DNA from: the human T2T-CHM13v2.0 reference genome, Homo sapiens
Assembly (NCBI RefSeq): GCF_009914755.1
Contig: NC_060944.1
Reading direction: 5' to 3' (one strand)
DNA: 64,000 bases
The notes under the pieces were generated by a model. It did no database searches, was not told the origin of the DNA, and was given only the letters and a program-made list of their open reading frames with translations. This document shows, piece after piece, positions 13,040 to 24,873 of the stretch. The position numbers were made by a program, and so were the translations under genes. The first letter of the stretch is position 1; each line of letters opens with the position of its first letter.

Positions 13040-16000
13040 TTAAAAATTTTATTTCAATAGTTTTTGGGGAACAGGTGGTTTTGGTTTACATGGATAAGTT
13101 CTTTATTGGTGATTTCTGAGATGTTGCTGTACCCATCACCCAAGCAGTGTACCCTGTACCCAATGTGTAGTCTTTTATCCTTCACCCTCCTCTCACCCTT
13201 CCCCCAACTTCCCAAAGTCCCTTATATTATTCTTATGCCTTTGCATCCTCATAGCTTAGCTCCCACTTATAAATGAGAACATGTGATACTTGGTTTTCCG
13301 TTCCTGAGTTACTTAACTTAGAATAACAGTCTCCAATTTTATCCAGGTTGCTGCAAATACCATTATTTCATTCCTTTTTATGGCTGAGTAGTAATTCAAG
13401 GTCTATATGTACCACATTTTCTTTTTCCACTAATTGGCTGATGGACATTTAGGCTTCTTAGATATTTTTTGCAATTGTGAATTGTGCTGCTACAAACATG
13501 CATATGCAAGTCTCTTTTTCATATAATGACTTCCTTTCCTCTGTGTTGACACTCAGGAGTGGAATTGCTGGATCAAATGGTAGTTCTACTTTTAGCTCTT
13601 TAAGAAATCTTCATACTGTTTTTCATAGTAGTTTTACTAGTTTACATTCTAACCAGCAGTGTAAAGGTGGTCCCTTTTCACTGCATCCATGCCAACATCT
13701 ATTTTTTTTTTATTTTTTAATTTTGCCCATCCTTGCAGATGTAAGGTGGTATCATACTGTAGTTTTGATTTGCATTTCTCTGATAATTAGTGATATTGAG
13801 CATTTTTTTCATATGTTTATTGGCCATTTGTATATCTTCTTTTGAGAATTGTCTATTCATGTCCTTTGACCACTTTTTGATGGGGTTTTTTGCTTTTGTC
13901 TTGCTGATTTGTTTGAGTTCTTCATAGATTCTGGATATTAGTTCTTTATCAGATGCACAGTTTGTGAACATTTTCTCCCAGTCTGTGGGTTTTCTATTTA
14001 TTCTGCTAATTATTTCTTTTGCTGTGCAGAAGCTTGTTAGTTTAATTTAGTTTAATTAGGTCCCATCTATTTATTTTTGTTTCTGTTGCATTTGCATTTA
14101 GGTTCTTGGTCATGAACTCTTTGCCTAAGCCAATGTCTAGAAGAATTTTTCCAGTGTTATCTTCTGGAATTTTTATAGTTTCAAGTCTTAGATTTCAGTC
14201 TTTGAACTATCTAGAGTTGATTTTTGTATAAGGTGAGAGATGAGGATCCTGTTTCATTCTTCTACATGTGGCTTGCCAATTATCCCAGCACCATTTCCTG
14301 AATAGGGTGTACTTTATCTACTTTATATATATTTTGTATATATAAAGTAAAAACCTTTGTCAAAAATTAGTTGGCTGTAAGTATTTGGCTTTATTTCTGA
14401 GTTCACTATTCACTTCCATTGGTCTACGTGCCTATTTTTATATGAGTACCATGCCATTTTGGTAACTATAGCCTTGTAGTATAACTTGAAGTTGGGTAAT
14501 GTGATGCTGCCAGATTCTTTCTTTTTGCTTAGTCTTGCTTTGGCTATGTGGCCTCTTTTTTGGTTCCATATGCATGTTACAATTTTTTTTGTAGTTCTAT
14601 GAAGAATGATGATGGTGTTTTGGTGGGAACTACATTGAATCCGTAGATTGCTTTTAACAGTATGATCATTTTCATAATATTGATTCTACCCTTCCATGAG
14701 CATGGGATGTGTTTCCACTTGTCTGTGTCATCAATGATTTCTTTCAGTAGTGTTTTGCATTTTTTCTTGTAGAGTTCTTTCACTTCCTTGGCTGGTTATA
14801 TTCATAAGTATTTTATATTTTTGCAACTGTTATAAAAGGGATAGAATTCATTATTTGATTCTAAGCATGGTCTTTCTTGGTGTATAGCAATGCTACTGAT
14901 TTGTGTACAATGATTTTCTGTCTTGGAACTTTACCAAATTTATCACATCTAGGGTCTTTTTAGATGAATCTTTAGAGTTTTCCAGATATACAGTCATATA
15001 ATCAGTGAACAGCAACAATTTGACTTCCTCTTTACCAATTTGGATGCCCTTTACTTGTTTCTCTTGTCTGATTGCTTTGGCTAGGACTTCCAATACTATG
15101 TTGAATAGAAGTGATATAAGTGGGCATCCTTGTCTTGTTCCAGTTCTCAGGGGAAATGCTCCCCTTAAGCAACGGGGAAGCATTTCTCAACTTTTCCCCA
15201 TTCAGTATAATGTTGACTGTGGGTTTGTGATAGATAGTTCTCATTACCTTGTCCCTTCTAGGCCGATTGTGCTGAGGGCTTTAATCATAAAAAGATGGTG
15301 AATTTTGTCAAATGTGTTTTTCTGCATCTATTGAGATGATCATATGATTTTCATTTGTAATTCTGTTTATGTGGTGTATCACATTTATTGACTTGTGTAT
15401 GTTAAATCATCCCTGCATCCCTGGTATTTCTTTGTAGAGATCTTTCACCTATAGAACCTCCTCATAGCATAAATATGGAACTAAGGAGTGGTAACCGGCT
15501 TATTATGGGTATTATCTTTTTTAAATGCCACTGGATTTGGATTTGGTTAGCTAGTATTTTGTTGAGGATTTTTGCAACTCTGTTCATCAGAGATATTGGT
15601 CTGTAGTTTTGTTTTTTTGTTATGTCCTTTCCTGGTTTTGGTATTAGGGTGATACTGGCTTTACAGAATGATTTAGGAAGGTTTGCCACTTTCTCTTTCT
15701 TTTGGAATAGTTTCCGTAAGATTGGTACCAATTATTCTTTGAATGTCTGATAGAGTTCAGCTGTGAATCCATCTGGTCCTGAATTTTTTTTTCATTGGCA
15801 ATTATTTTCATTACTGTTTCAATCTCGCTACTTGTTATTGGTCTGTTCAAAGTTTCCATTTCTTCCTGATTTAATCTAGGAGGATTGTATGTTTCCGGGA
15901 ATTTATCCATCTCCTCTAGATTTTGTAGTTTGTGTGCATAAAGGTGTTCATATTAGCCTTGAATGATCTTTTGTATTTCTGTATAGTGGTTGTAATAGCT

Positions 16001-17885
16001 CTCATTTTATTTCTAATTGAGCTTTTTGGACCTTCTCATCTTTTCTTGGTTAATGTCATTAATGGCTCATCAATTTTATCTTTTCAAACAAGCAGCTTTT
16101 TGCATCATTTATCTTTTGTATTTTTTGTTTGCTTCAATTTCATTTAGTTCTGCTCTGATCTTTGTTATTTATTTTATTCTTCTGGGTTTGGGTTTGGTTT
16201 GTTCTTGTTTCTCTATTTCCTTGAGGTGTGACCTTAGATTGTTTATTTGTTCTCTTTCAGACTTTTTGATGTAGGCATTTAATGGTATGAACTTTCCTTT
16301 TAGCACCACTTTTGCTGTATCCCAGAGGTTTTGATAAGTTGTGTCACTATTATTCAGTTCAAAGAATCTTAAAATTTCCATCTTGGTTTCATCATTTACC
16401 TAATGAAGTGCAGATTATTTAATTTCCATATATTTTTATAGTTTTGAGAGTTTCTTTTGGATTTACTTTCCAGTTATATTCCACTGTGATCTGAGAGGAC
16501 ACTTGATATAATTTTGATTTTCTCAAATTTATTAAGACTTGTTCTGTGACCTAGCATGTGTTCTGTCTTGGAGAATGTTCCATGTGCTGATGAAGAGAAT
16601 GTATATTATGAAGTTTTTGGGTAGAGTGTTCTGTTAAAATCTGTTAGGTTCATTTGTTGGAAGGTATAGTTTAAGCCCATTTTCTCTTTGTTGACTTTCT
16701 GGCTTGATGACCTGTCTAGTGCTGTCAGTGGAGTACTGGAGTTCCCCACTGTTATTGTGTTGCTATCTCATTTCTTAGGTCTAGCAGTAATTGTTTGATA
16801 ATTTGGGAACTCCCATGTTAGATGCATATATATTTAGGATTGTGATATTTTCCTATTGGATTAATCCTTTTATCATTATATAATGTCCTTCTTTGCCTTT
16901 TTTCACGATTCTTGCTTTCAAGTCTGTTTTGTTTGGTACAAGCTATTCCTGCTCGCTTTTGGTTTTCATTTGCATGTAATATCTTCTTCCACCCCTTTAC
17001 CTTAAGTTTGTTTAAGTCCTTATGTGTTAGGTGAGTCTCTTGAAGACAGCAGGTACTCGGTTGGTGGATTTTTATTCATTCTGCCATTCTGTATCTTTTA
17101 AGTGGAACATTTAGTTCATTCACATTCAGTGTTGGTATTGAGATGGGAGGTCCTGTTCTGTTCATTATGCTAGTTATTGCCTAAGTACCTTGATGTTTTT
17201 ATTGTGTTATTGCTTTATAGGCCCTCTGAGATTTATGCTATAATCAGGTTCTATTTTGGTGTATTTCAAGTTTTTCTTTCAAGATTTAGAATACCTTTTA
17301 GCATTTCTTGTAGTACTGGCTTGGTAGTGGCAAATTCTCTCAGCATTTGTTTATGCAAAAAAGATTTTATTTCTCCTTCATTTGTGAAGCTTAGTTTTTT
17401 GGATACAAAATTCTTGGCTGACAATTATTTTGTTTCAGGAGGCTAAAGATAGGACCCCAGTGCCTTCTGGCATGTAAGGTTTCTGCTGAGAAATCTACTG
17501 TTAATCTGATAGGTTTTCCTTTATTGGTTACCTGATGGCTTTTTGTCACAGTTCTTAAGATTATTTCCTTCATCTTGACTTTATATAACCTGATGACTAT
17601 GTGCTAGGTGATAATCTTTTTGTGATGATTTTTTTCAGGTGTTATTTTATCTTCTTGTATTTGGATGTCTAGATCTCTAGCAAGGGCAGGTAAGTTTTTT
17701 TCACATAGTCTCTCAAATAAGTTTTCTAGACTTTTAGATTTCTCCTCCTCTTCAGGAACACCAGTAGTTTTTAGGTTTGGCCACTTAATATAATCCAAAG
17801 TTTCTTGAAGCCTTGTTCTTTAATTTTTTTTTTGTCCTTGTCTGATTGGGTTAATTTGAAAGCTCTGTCTTTGAGCTCTTAAGTT
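13040..17885 (-). mobile_element. L1PB-type element from its 3' UTR through ORF2 into ORF1
   Basis: L1PB-like 3' end at ~13050. Remnants include GTRQGCPL (ORF2) and GKPIRLTVDFSAETL (ORF1). Confidence 0.88.
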
Positions 17886-17889
17886 CTTT

Positions 17890-20437
17890 TTATTTTTTAT
17901 TTATATATATTTTGTATTTTTTCCATAAGTTATTGGGGTACAGGTGATATCTGGTTACATGAGTAAGTTCTTTAGTGGTGATTTGTGAGATATTGGTGTA
18001 CCCATCACCTGAGCAGTAAACACTGCACCATATTTGCAGTGTTTTACCCCTCATCCCCTTCTCACTCTTCCCCCCAAGTCTCCAAAGTCCATTGTATCAT
18101 TCTTATGCCTTTGTGTCCTCATAGCTGAGCTCCCACATGTCCGTGAGAACATACGATGTTGGGTTTTCCATTCCTGAGTTACTTTACTTAGAATAAATAG
18201 TCTCCAATCTCATCCAGGTCACTGCAAATGCTGTTAATTCAGTCTTTTTTATCGCTGAGTAATATTCTATTGCATATATATACCACAGTTTCTTTATCCA
18301 CTTATTGATTGATGGGCATTTGGGTTGGTTCCACTATTTTGTAATTGTGCATTGTGCTGCTATAAACATGCGTGTGCAAGTATCTTTTTTGAATAATGAA
18401 TTTCCTAGGTGTTATTTGTGCTTCTTGTATTTGGATGTCTAGGTTTCTAGGAAGGCCAGGGAAGTTTTTCTCAATTATTCCCCAAAATATGTTTTCCAAG
18501 TTTTTAGAATTCTCTTCTTCCTCAGGAACATCAATTATTCTTAGGTTTGGTCATTTAACATTATCCCAGACTTCTTGGAGTGTTTGTTTATATTTTCTTA
18601 TTCTTTTGTCTGTGTCTTTGTTGGATTGGGTTAATTCTAAGACCTTTTCTTCGAGCTCTGAATTTCTTTTTCCTACTAGTTTAATTTTGTTGATGAGACT
18701 TTCCAGAGCATTTCACATTTCTAAGAGGGTGTCCAAAGTTTCCAAAATCTTTTATTGTTTTTTCTTTAAACTATCTATTTTCTTGAATATTTCTCCCTTG
18801 ACTTCTTGTATTGTTTTTTGGATTTCCTTGCATTGGGCTTCTCTTTTCTCTGGTGCCTTTCCAATTAGCTTAATAACTGAATTCCAGAATTCTTTTTCAG
18901 ATAAATCATGTATTTCTTCTTAGTTTGGATCCATTGCTGGTGAACTAGTGTGATTTTAGGGGGAGTGTTAAAGAGCCTTGTTTTGTCATATTACCAGGGT
19001 TGGTTTTCTGATTTCTTCTCATTTGGGTAGGCTCTATCAGAGGGAAGGTCTAGGGTTGATGGCTGTTGTCCAGATTATTTTGTCCCACAGGGTGTTCACT
19101 TGATGTAGCCCTCCCCTCTTTTCCCATAAAAGAGGGAAGTGTTTGTTCCTGTGAGCCGAAATGCAGTGTTTGTTGTCTCTCTTCTAGGTCTAGCCACCCA
19201 GCGAGTCTACCAAGCTCTGGGCTGGTACTGGGGTTGTCTACACAGAGTCCTGTGATGTGAACTGTCTATGGGTCTTTCAGCCGTGGATATCATCACCTGC
19301 TCTGGTAGAAGTGGTGGGGGTGGGGGTACATTGGACTCTGTGAGGGTTGTTAGATTTAGTGGTTTAATGCTCTATTTTTGTGCTGATTGGCCATCTGCAG
19401 AGAGGTGGCGCTTTCCAGAAAGCATCAGCTATAGTAGTGTGGAGAGGGACCAGCGGTGGGCAGGGCCCTAGAACTCCCAAGAGTATAGGCCCTTTGTCTT
19501 CCTCCACCAGGGTGGGTAGGGAAGGGCCATCAGGTGGGGGCGGGGCTAGGCGTGTCTGCGCTCAGACTGTCCTTGGGCGGGTCTTGCTGCAGCTGCTGTT
19601 GGGGATGGAGGTTAGACTCCCAGGTCACTGGAGTTGTGTACCTAGGAGGATTATTGGCTGCCTTTGCTGAGTCATGCAGGTTGTCAGGGAAGTGGGGGAA
19701 AGCCGGCAGTCACAGGCCTCACCCAGCTCCCACGCAAACTGAAGGGCTGGTCTCACTCCCACTGTAACCCCCACAATAGCCCCAAGTCTGTTTCTAGGTG
19801 GTGGGCAAAATGAGCTTGAGAACTTGCCCCAGGCTACTCACCTCCAGGCTGTGAAAGAAAAGGGCTTGGTTCTTCCCTTGCCTGTGGAGTCTACACACCG
19901 GATTTGCACCCTTTCCTGAGTTCTGGCCAGGAGGCTTCTCACCCATTCAAATTGTTACACAGTTCAGCTAGAGATTTCCTTCTTCCTATGGAGTCTTGCC
20001 CCACCACTCTTCTGGCAGTCTTCCCAGTGGATCCCTGTGGTGTCAGGCAGGAATGTCCTACTTGGGGGGCCCAACAAGCTCCCAGGGTCTTTCTGCTGCT
20101 TCCTCTACCCCTGTATTTCACTCTGCTCTCTAAATTGACTCAGCCCCAGGTAAGGTAGGAAACTTATCTCACCAACAGACCTTCAGTTTCTCCATTGGGG
20201 GTGTGAGTTCAAGAGAGGAGGGTTTCCCTTTCCCACTTTTGCAGTTGGAGCACTCATAGTATTTGAGGTGTCTCCTGGGTCCTGCAGGAGCAATTTGCTT
20301 CTTTGAGAGGGTCTGTGGATCCTCTTGGGATTGCTGGATTGTTCTTGCAGTCAATCTGGAGCTAGAATTCACAGCGTGAGCTTCCACACGCTGCTCTGTT
20401 CAGAGCTGTAATCTAGTCCTGTCTCCTGTCTGCCATG
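17890..20437 (-). mobile_element. Internally deleted L1PB (5' UTR plus ORF1 N-terminus joined to ~500 bp 3' end)
   Basis: Poly(T) and 3' UTR at 17890-18395. ORF1 sequence from 18396. L1PB-type 5' start (sense ATCATGGCAGACAGGAGACAGGACTAG) at ~20437. Confidence 0.8.
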
Positions 20438-20529
20438 ATGATCCATCACAGATTTTGTTTTAGCTGTTTAAATAAATTTATTAGGTTTATAAGTAACAAT
20501 ATGGATAGATCTCAAAATCAGGATTTGGT

Positions 20530-21060
20530 TTTTCTTATTTATTTATTATGCTTTACGTCCTGTGATACACGTGCAGAACATACAGTTTTGTTACACAGAT
20601 ATACATGTACCATGGTGGTTTGCTGCACCCATCAACTCGTCATCTAGGTTTTAAACCCTGCATGCATTAGGTATTTGTCCTAATGTTCTCCCTCCCCTTG
20701 CCCCCCACCCCCTGACTGGCCCTGGTGTGTGATGTTCCTCTCCCTGTGTCCATGTGTTCTCATTGTTCAATTCCTACTTGTGAATGAGAACATGTGCCAC
20801 AACCAACTTTTTTACTGTTGAGTTTTGAGAGTTTATTACATATACTAGATACTAGTTGTCTGATGGATATATGATTTGTAAATATTTTCTCCCACTCTGT
20901 AGTTTGTCTTTCCATCCTCCTCACATGGGTTTTCACTGAGCAAAAGCTTTTAATTTTGATAAGAAATAATTTATCAGTTTATTATTTTATGTATCATGAT
21001 TGGAGGTTTAGTCTAAAATGTATTTTCTGTGCATGGTGTTTTCATATGCATATTAATTTA
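20530..21060 (-). mobile_element. L1PA 3' end fragment followed by an older L1M 3' fragment
   Basis: L1 3' UTR motifs such as CATGGTGGTTTGCTGCACCCATC and AAATATTTTCTCCCACTCTGTAG. Confidence 0.75.
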
Positions 21061-21149
21061 TATTCTATGTCTCTAGAGGTCTGCCCTTTTTCATTACTAA
21101 TATTTTTATTTCTTTATCTCTTTTTCCTTTCCTCTCTCTTCTTTCCTGA

Positions 21150-24058
21150 CTCTGCCAAAAAACACAAGAACAATGTAGACCAAATACTCATGGCTGAATA
21201 CTTCCCTGCCATGGTGGAATGTGTGTGTCACACACATTCCACCTGCAGAGCATGGACTCATATGCCTACAAGCTGGTGCATGTTCTGAGTTCCTAGAGGA
21301 AGAAGGTTGGTAACCACATCCTTTCCTTCCCAGCCCTCCCTTACTTGCTACCAATAATGGATAGGGGTGTGGTGTCTAATTAAGGAGTCCTGGTTTATCA
21401 TTTGTAGTCCATAACAAGGTAAAATTTGAGGTCTATAGTATAGTAAGGTATAATATCTAGTTTAGTAATTTTAAGTTTTTAGAAAACATTTTACTTTGAA
21501 ACATCTAAGAACTTATTCAAATCTAATTAATAGTGCTTAAAACATTTTTTCAATCTTCATCTTTTCTATGACATTATTCAACTGAAGAATGACTTCAAAA
21601 TAAGGACTACTAAAGAGATGAAGCTACTGAGTTAAAAAAAATATATGGACTAAAAATGTCCATAAAGACAGATTGAGAAGTACTTCAAATTTTATGTCAA
21701 AGACATAAAATGACAACAGATACTTAGAAAAATGGGAAAACTGGAGACAGAGTGAGAGAGAGAGTGAGAGATGCAGATTCAGAAGCAATAAGGAACCCCC
21801 ATCAGTCCTGAGAGGCTGCTGTGCGGTCAGTTCCTCTTCTCTGATTTCCACCTGCTCTGAGCTCCTTGGTGGGTCTGCACTTAATGAACTGAAGGGTTTT
21901 TTACACTCTTTCTCAGACCACAGCTTTCAATCCTAAATGATTTTCTTTTAATCAAGTCACTACAGAATGCAATCAGGAATGCACTGTTTATCTGGGCTGC
22001 AGGTATGGACAATGAAAATGATCTCCCAATGGAGCACTTTTGGTTAGGAGGGAGAAGTCGGATTGCTCTTCCTCCTTCAGCACTAAGATCCTGCAAGAAG
22101 GGCAGAGGGACTCCAACCCTGCACAGAGCTTAAGCCTCTGGAAAGACTCTGTGCAATGCCCTGGCTGGTTCTCTGCCCCCTGCTCTCTGGGCTGGAGCCT
22201 TCCACGTGGCTTCCTGAATCTGGCAGTCCCTGAGTCAGTGTGGGGTTTGATAAGAATGTATGAATGAGGAAGGAGGATATGGAATGGAAAGAAATAGAAT
22301 TGAGTGGAAAGAAGAGCAAGGAAAATTTCAAAGTGCATTTTGCAATGGGGCAGATGTTATTTCTTGAAGCCATTGTCCCAAGGATGTGTGCCTGTGTGTA
22401 ATGGGAGCACTGTGTGTCATTCTTCTTGCTGGAGGTCAGGTGAAAGTTTTGACAATATGCTGTAGATGAGGCTCCCTCTGTCCCAGGGCTGAGGTTACCC
22501 TGAAAACTCTTGGAGATCCAACACCCTCCCGGGCATGTGGCGCCATCCTCTGGGAATGCAGTTGCAGGATCAGATGCCTGCTGAGAGTGAAGCTGTGTCT
22601 CATCGTGGGAGAGGTGGAGGTGAAGCTGGAGACAGGGGATACATTAGTGGGGTCTGACTCAGCCTGTGTCTGCCCCAGGACCCACCATACACACCTGCTC
22701 TTTGCTCTTAATTCCTTAATCTGGAGAAGGTTCCCCAGATTTTACCTCCAGTGAACTGATGCCAGGCCCATGAGTGAGCTCCCTAATGCAGTAGCATGTT
22801 TGGGCCTCTCCCTACAATGACAGCATCTTCACTTTCAGGTATTTAGGTGCAGAAAGAGGGGCGTGTTCACTGTAATCTCTCTGTACATTAGATAGAGTCC
22901 AAGACCGTATTCTCAATGGAGCTACTGCTGGGGAGAACTAGGTGTGGGAAATTTGAAGACAACATTGATAACTGCCCTTTCCAAGAAAGCACAGAGCTGA
23001 ACGATGTAAGACAGGGCAACATCTTCCCTCCTGGACACAGCTGTGGATGCCACATAGGGTGTGGTATGGGCACAGGTGCAGCTGACAAAGAGACTTAGAG
23101 GAGTTAGCCTGCAGCAGCCTCTACCAGGCTGCCCTGCTTTTGCCTTAGTGGGGAGTGCAGAGGGGAAGGCAGCCACGGGTCCACTTGTAGGCTCCCGGCC
23201 AATCTGAGTTTCCTGACTCTGCCCTGTCATGCCACTGCAGTGGCCTGTACCCAGGGCACATGGCCTTCAGACTGCTCTTGTCCGCCTGGGGTCCCAGTCT
23301 CCTAAGCCTGAGTAGAGGCTGTTTCCTCTCTGGTCTTCCTCCCCAGTCTTCGTCTGCCTTCTGAAGAAAGAGCGTGGTGGGGATCCAATATCACCTCTTT
23401 CTGAGTGTGCAGTTCTCAGGGTCCCCCTCCCCTAATCCAGAGCCTGAGGCAGGTGGAGGCTGAGGAGGGACCCCACTGCCCTCCCTCCCTCGTCCTGCCC
23501 TGGCCCCTGCTGAGCTGTAATGCCTGCTCCAGAGGATAGGGACAGGGGACAAGGGGAAGCCCAGCTCTGGGGACAGCCTACCTAGGACAGGTGGGCCCCC
23601 TCATCAAAGGATTAACTAATAGGTTAAACATTGGCCTACATCTGAGAGCAGCTCTGGGGAGACAAAGTGACTTTTGTGCTCTTGGGGGTATGAATCACAC
23701 AGGCCAGCCTGTGGAGTCCCAGGAGGCCACTGTCTGGGAAGTGGGTCCTAACACAGGTTACCTTGAGTGAAGAGGGAGCCCCAGATCTGGAAGCAGCTAA
23801 GAAATGTCCCAGGAGTGGGGCTGGATGGCCCCACATGAGGATGAGAGCCGCATTCAACTGACAGCTTGGGAAATGTGCAAGGTGGATATTGATCCTTTGC
23901 TCAGAGTGGGAGCCATGAGCTTCCTGAGCCCCCTGTCCCCAGTGCCTCGCCCATGCTTTCCCTCCCAGATGCTCACCTGCTTCTTCACTTTTAGGACCCA
24001 GCCCTGGGTAATGCAGTGTGAGCTCCTGAACAAGACCTGCTCAGAGGGGTTCCCCTGA
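21150..24058 (+). pseudogene. Inverted unprocessed CST9L-like pseudogene (possibly the locus named CST9LP2; name not verified)
   Basis: Exon 1 remnant to 21305 (MAEYFPAMVE..[+2 frameshift]..FHLQSMDSYAYKLVHVLSS*RKK, TGG>TAG at 21294-21296, donor GTTGGT). Exon 2 at 22892-23005 is intact ([38 protein letters not shown]). Exon 3 at 23969-24058 is intact (MLTCFFTFRTQPWVMQCELLNKTCSEGFP*). Confidence 0.9.
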
Positions 24059-24265
24059 TTGCTTCTCACCCACAGGCCCAGGCTCAGGCTGCCCTCACCT
24101 CTGTGGACACTGGCAGTTCTCCAAAGGTGGCTCTGCTGTAGCTGACCAGCTCCATATTTGTTTGTTCTTTTCAATTTACAATTCCCTTGGATTCATGACG
24201 GGGCATGCAGATGCTGTCAAAGTAAATTCCACACTTCTCCAGGTTCCTCATGTAGAATATAGGTC

Positions 24266-24271
24266 ATTAAA
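24266..24271 (+). terminator. Retained ATTAAA poly(A) signal of the pseudogene
   Basis: Same context as the CST9L and CST9 signals. Confidence 0.6.
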
Positions 24272-24646
24272 CATCAGCATTTCCAGAAGCTTTGTGTGCT
24301 AGTGTCCTGGAGAGAGGGGCCTGGGCAGTTGATGGAGTTATTCTCAGCAGGGCAGCCTCGTGGGCTCTCAGGGGTAAGTTTTTATTCCCTGTTGGGCCTC
24401 CTGAGTGGCTTCCAGAGGCACAGCTAAGGTGCGTCTGAGCCGCCATCTCAGGGCCCCTTGCAGGCTGCAGAGGGGCAGTGAGGGTGGCCTCCCAGCGCAC
24501 GGGATGTGCACATGGAGCAGGACAGGGACTCGGGAATCCCACACAGCCCATGTGACATTTGCACTAATGCTCAGAGTGCATGTATACCTAATGTGTTAGC
24601 TGAGAATAGCCAGCAGCTGTGGACACCCTGTCCACATCTCCCAGAT

Positions 24647-24873
24647 CAGGCTTCGGCATGCATTCTCTGTAAAAATTTAAGGAGTAACTATTTTGGTCTT
24701 TGTAGGCTTATAGTCACTTTCTCAGCTACCCAGCACTGCCTTTGTATGTTGAAAGAAGCATAGACAGTGCATAAACAAATAAGAGCAGTCGTGTCCCAAC
24801 AAGACTTTGTCTACACATGGAGACAAGCAGACTGGGCTGCTTTTGGCCCTCGGGTCATGGTTGCCAAACCCTG
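24647..24873 (-). mobile_element. MER58A-like hAT-Charlie DNA transposon
   Basis: CAGG...CCCTG termini and MER58-like core. Paralogous copy at 39172-39390. Confidence 0.7.

Noticed and set aside
18396-18923. 175-aa plus-strand ORF
   Set aside because: Antisense reading of L1 ORF1.
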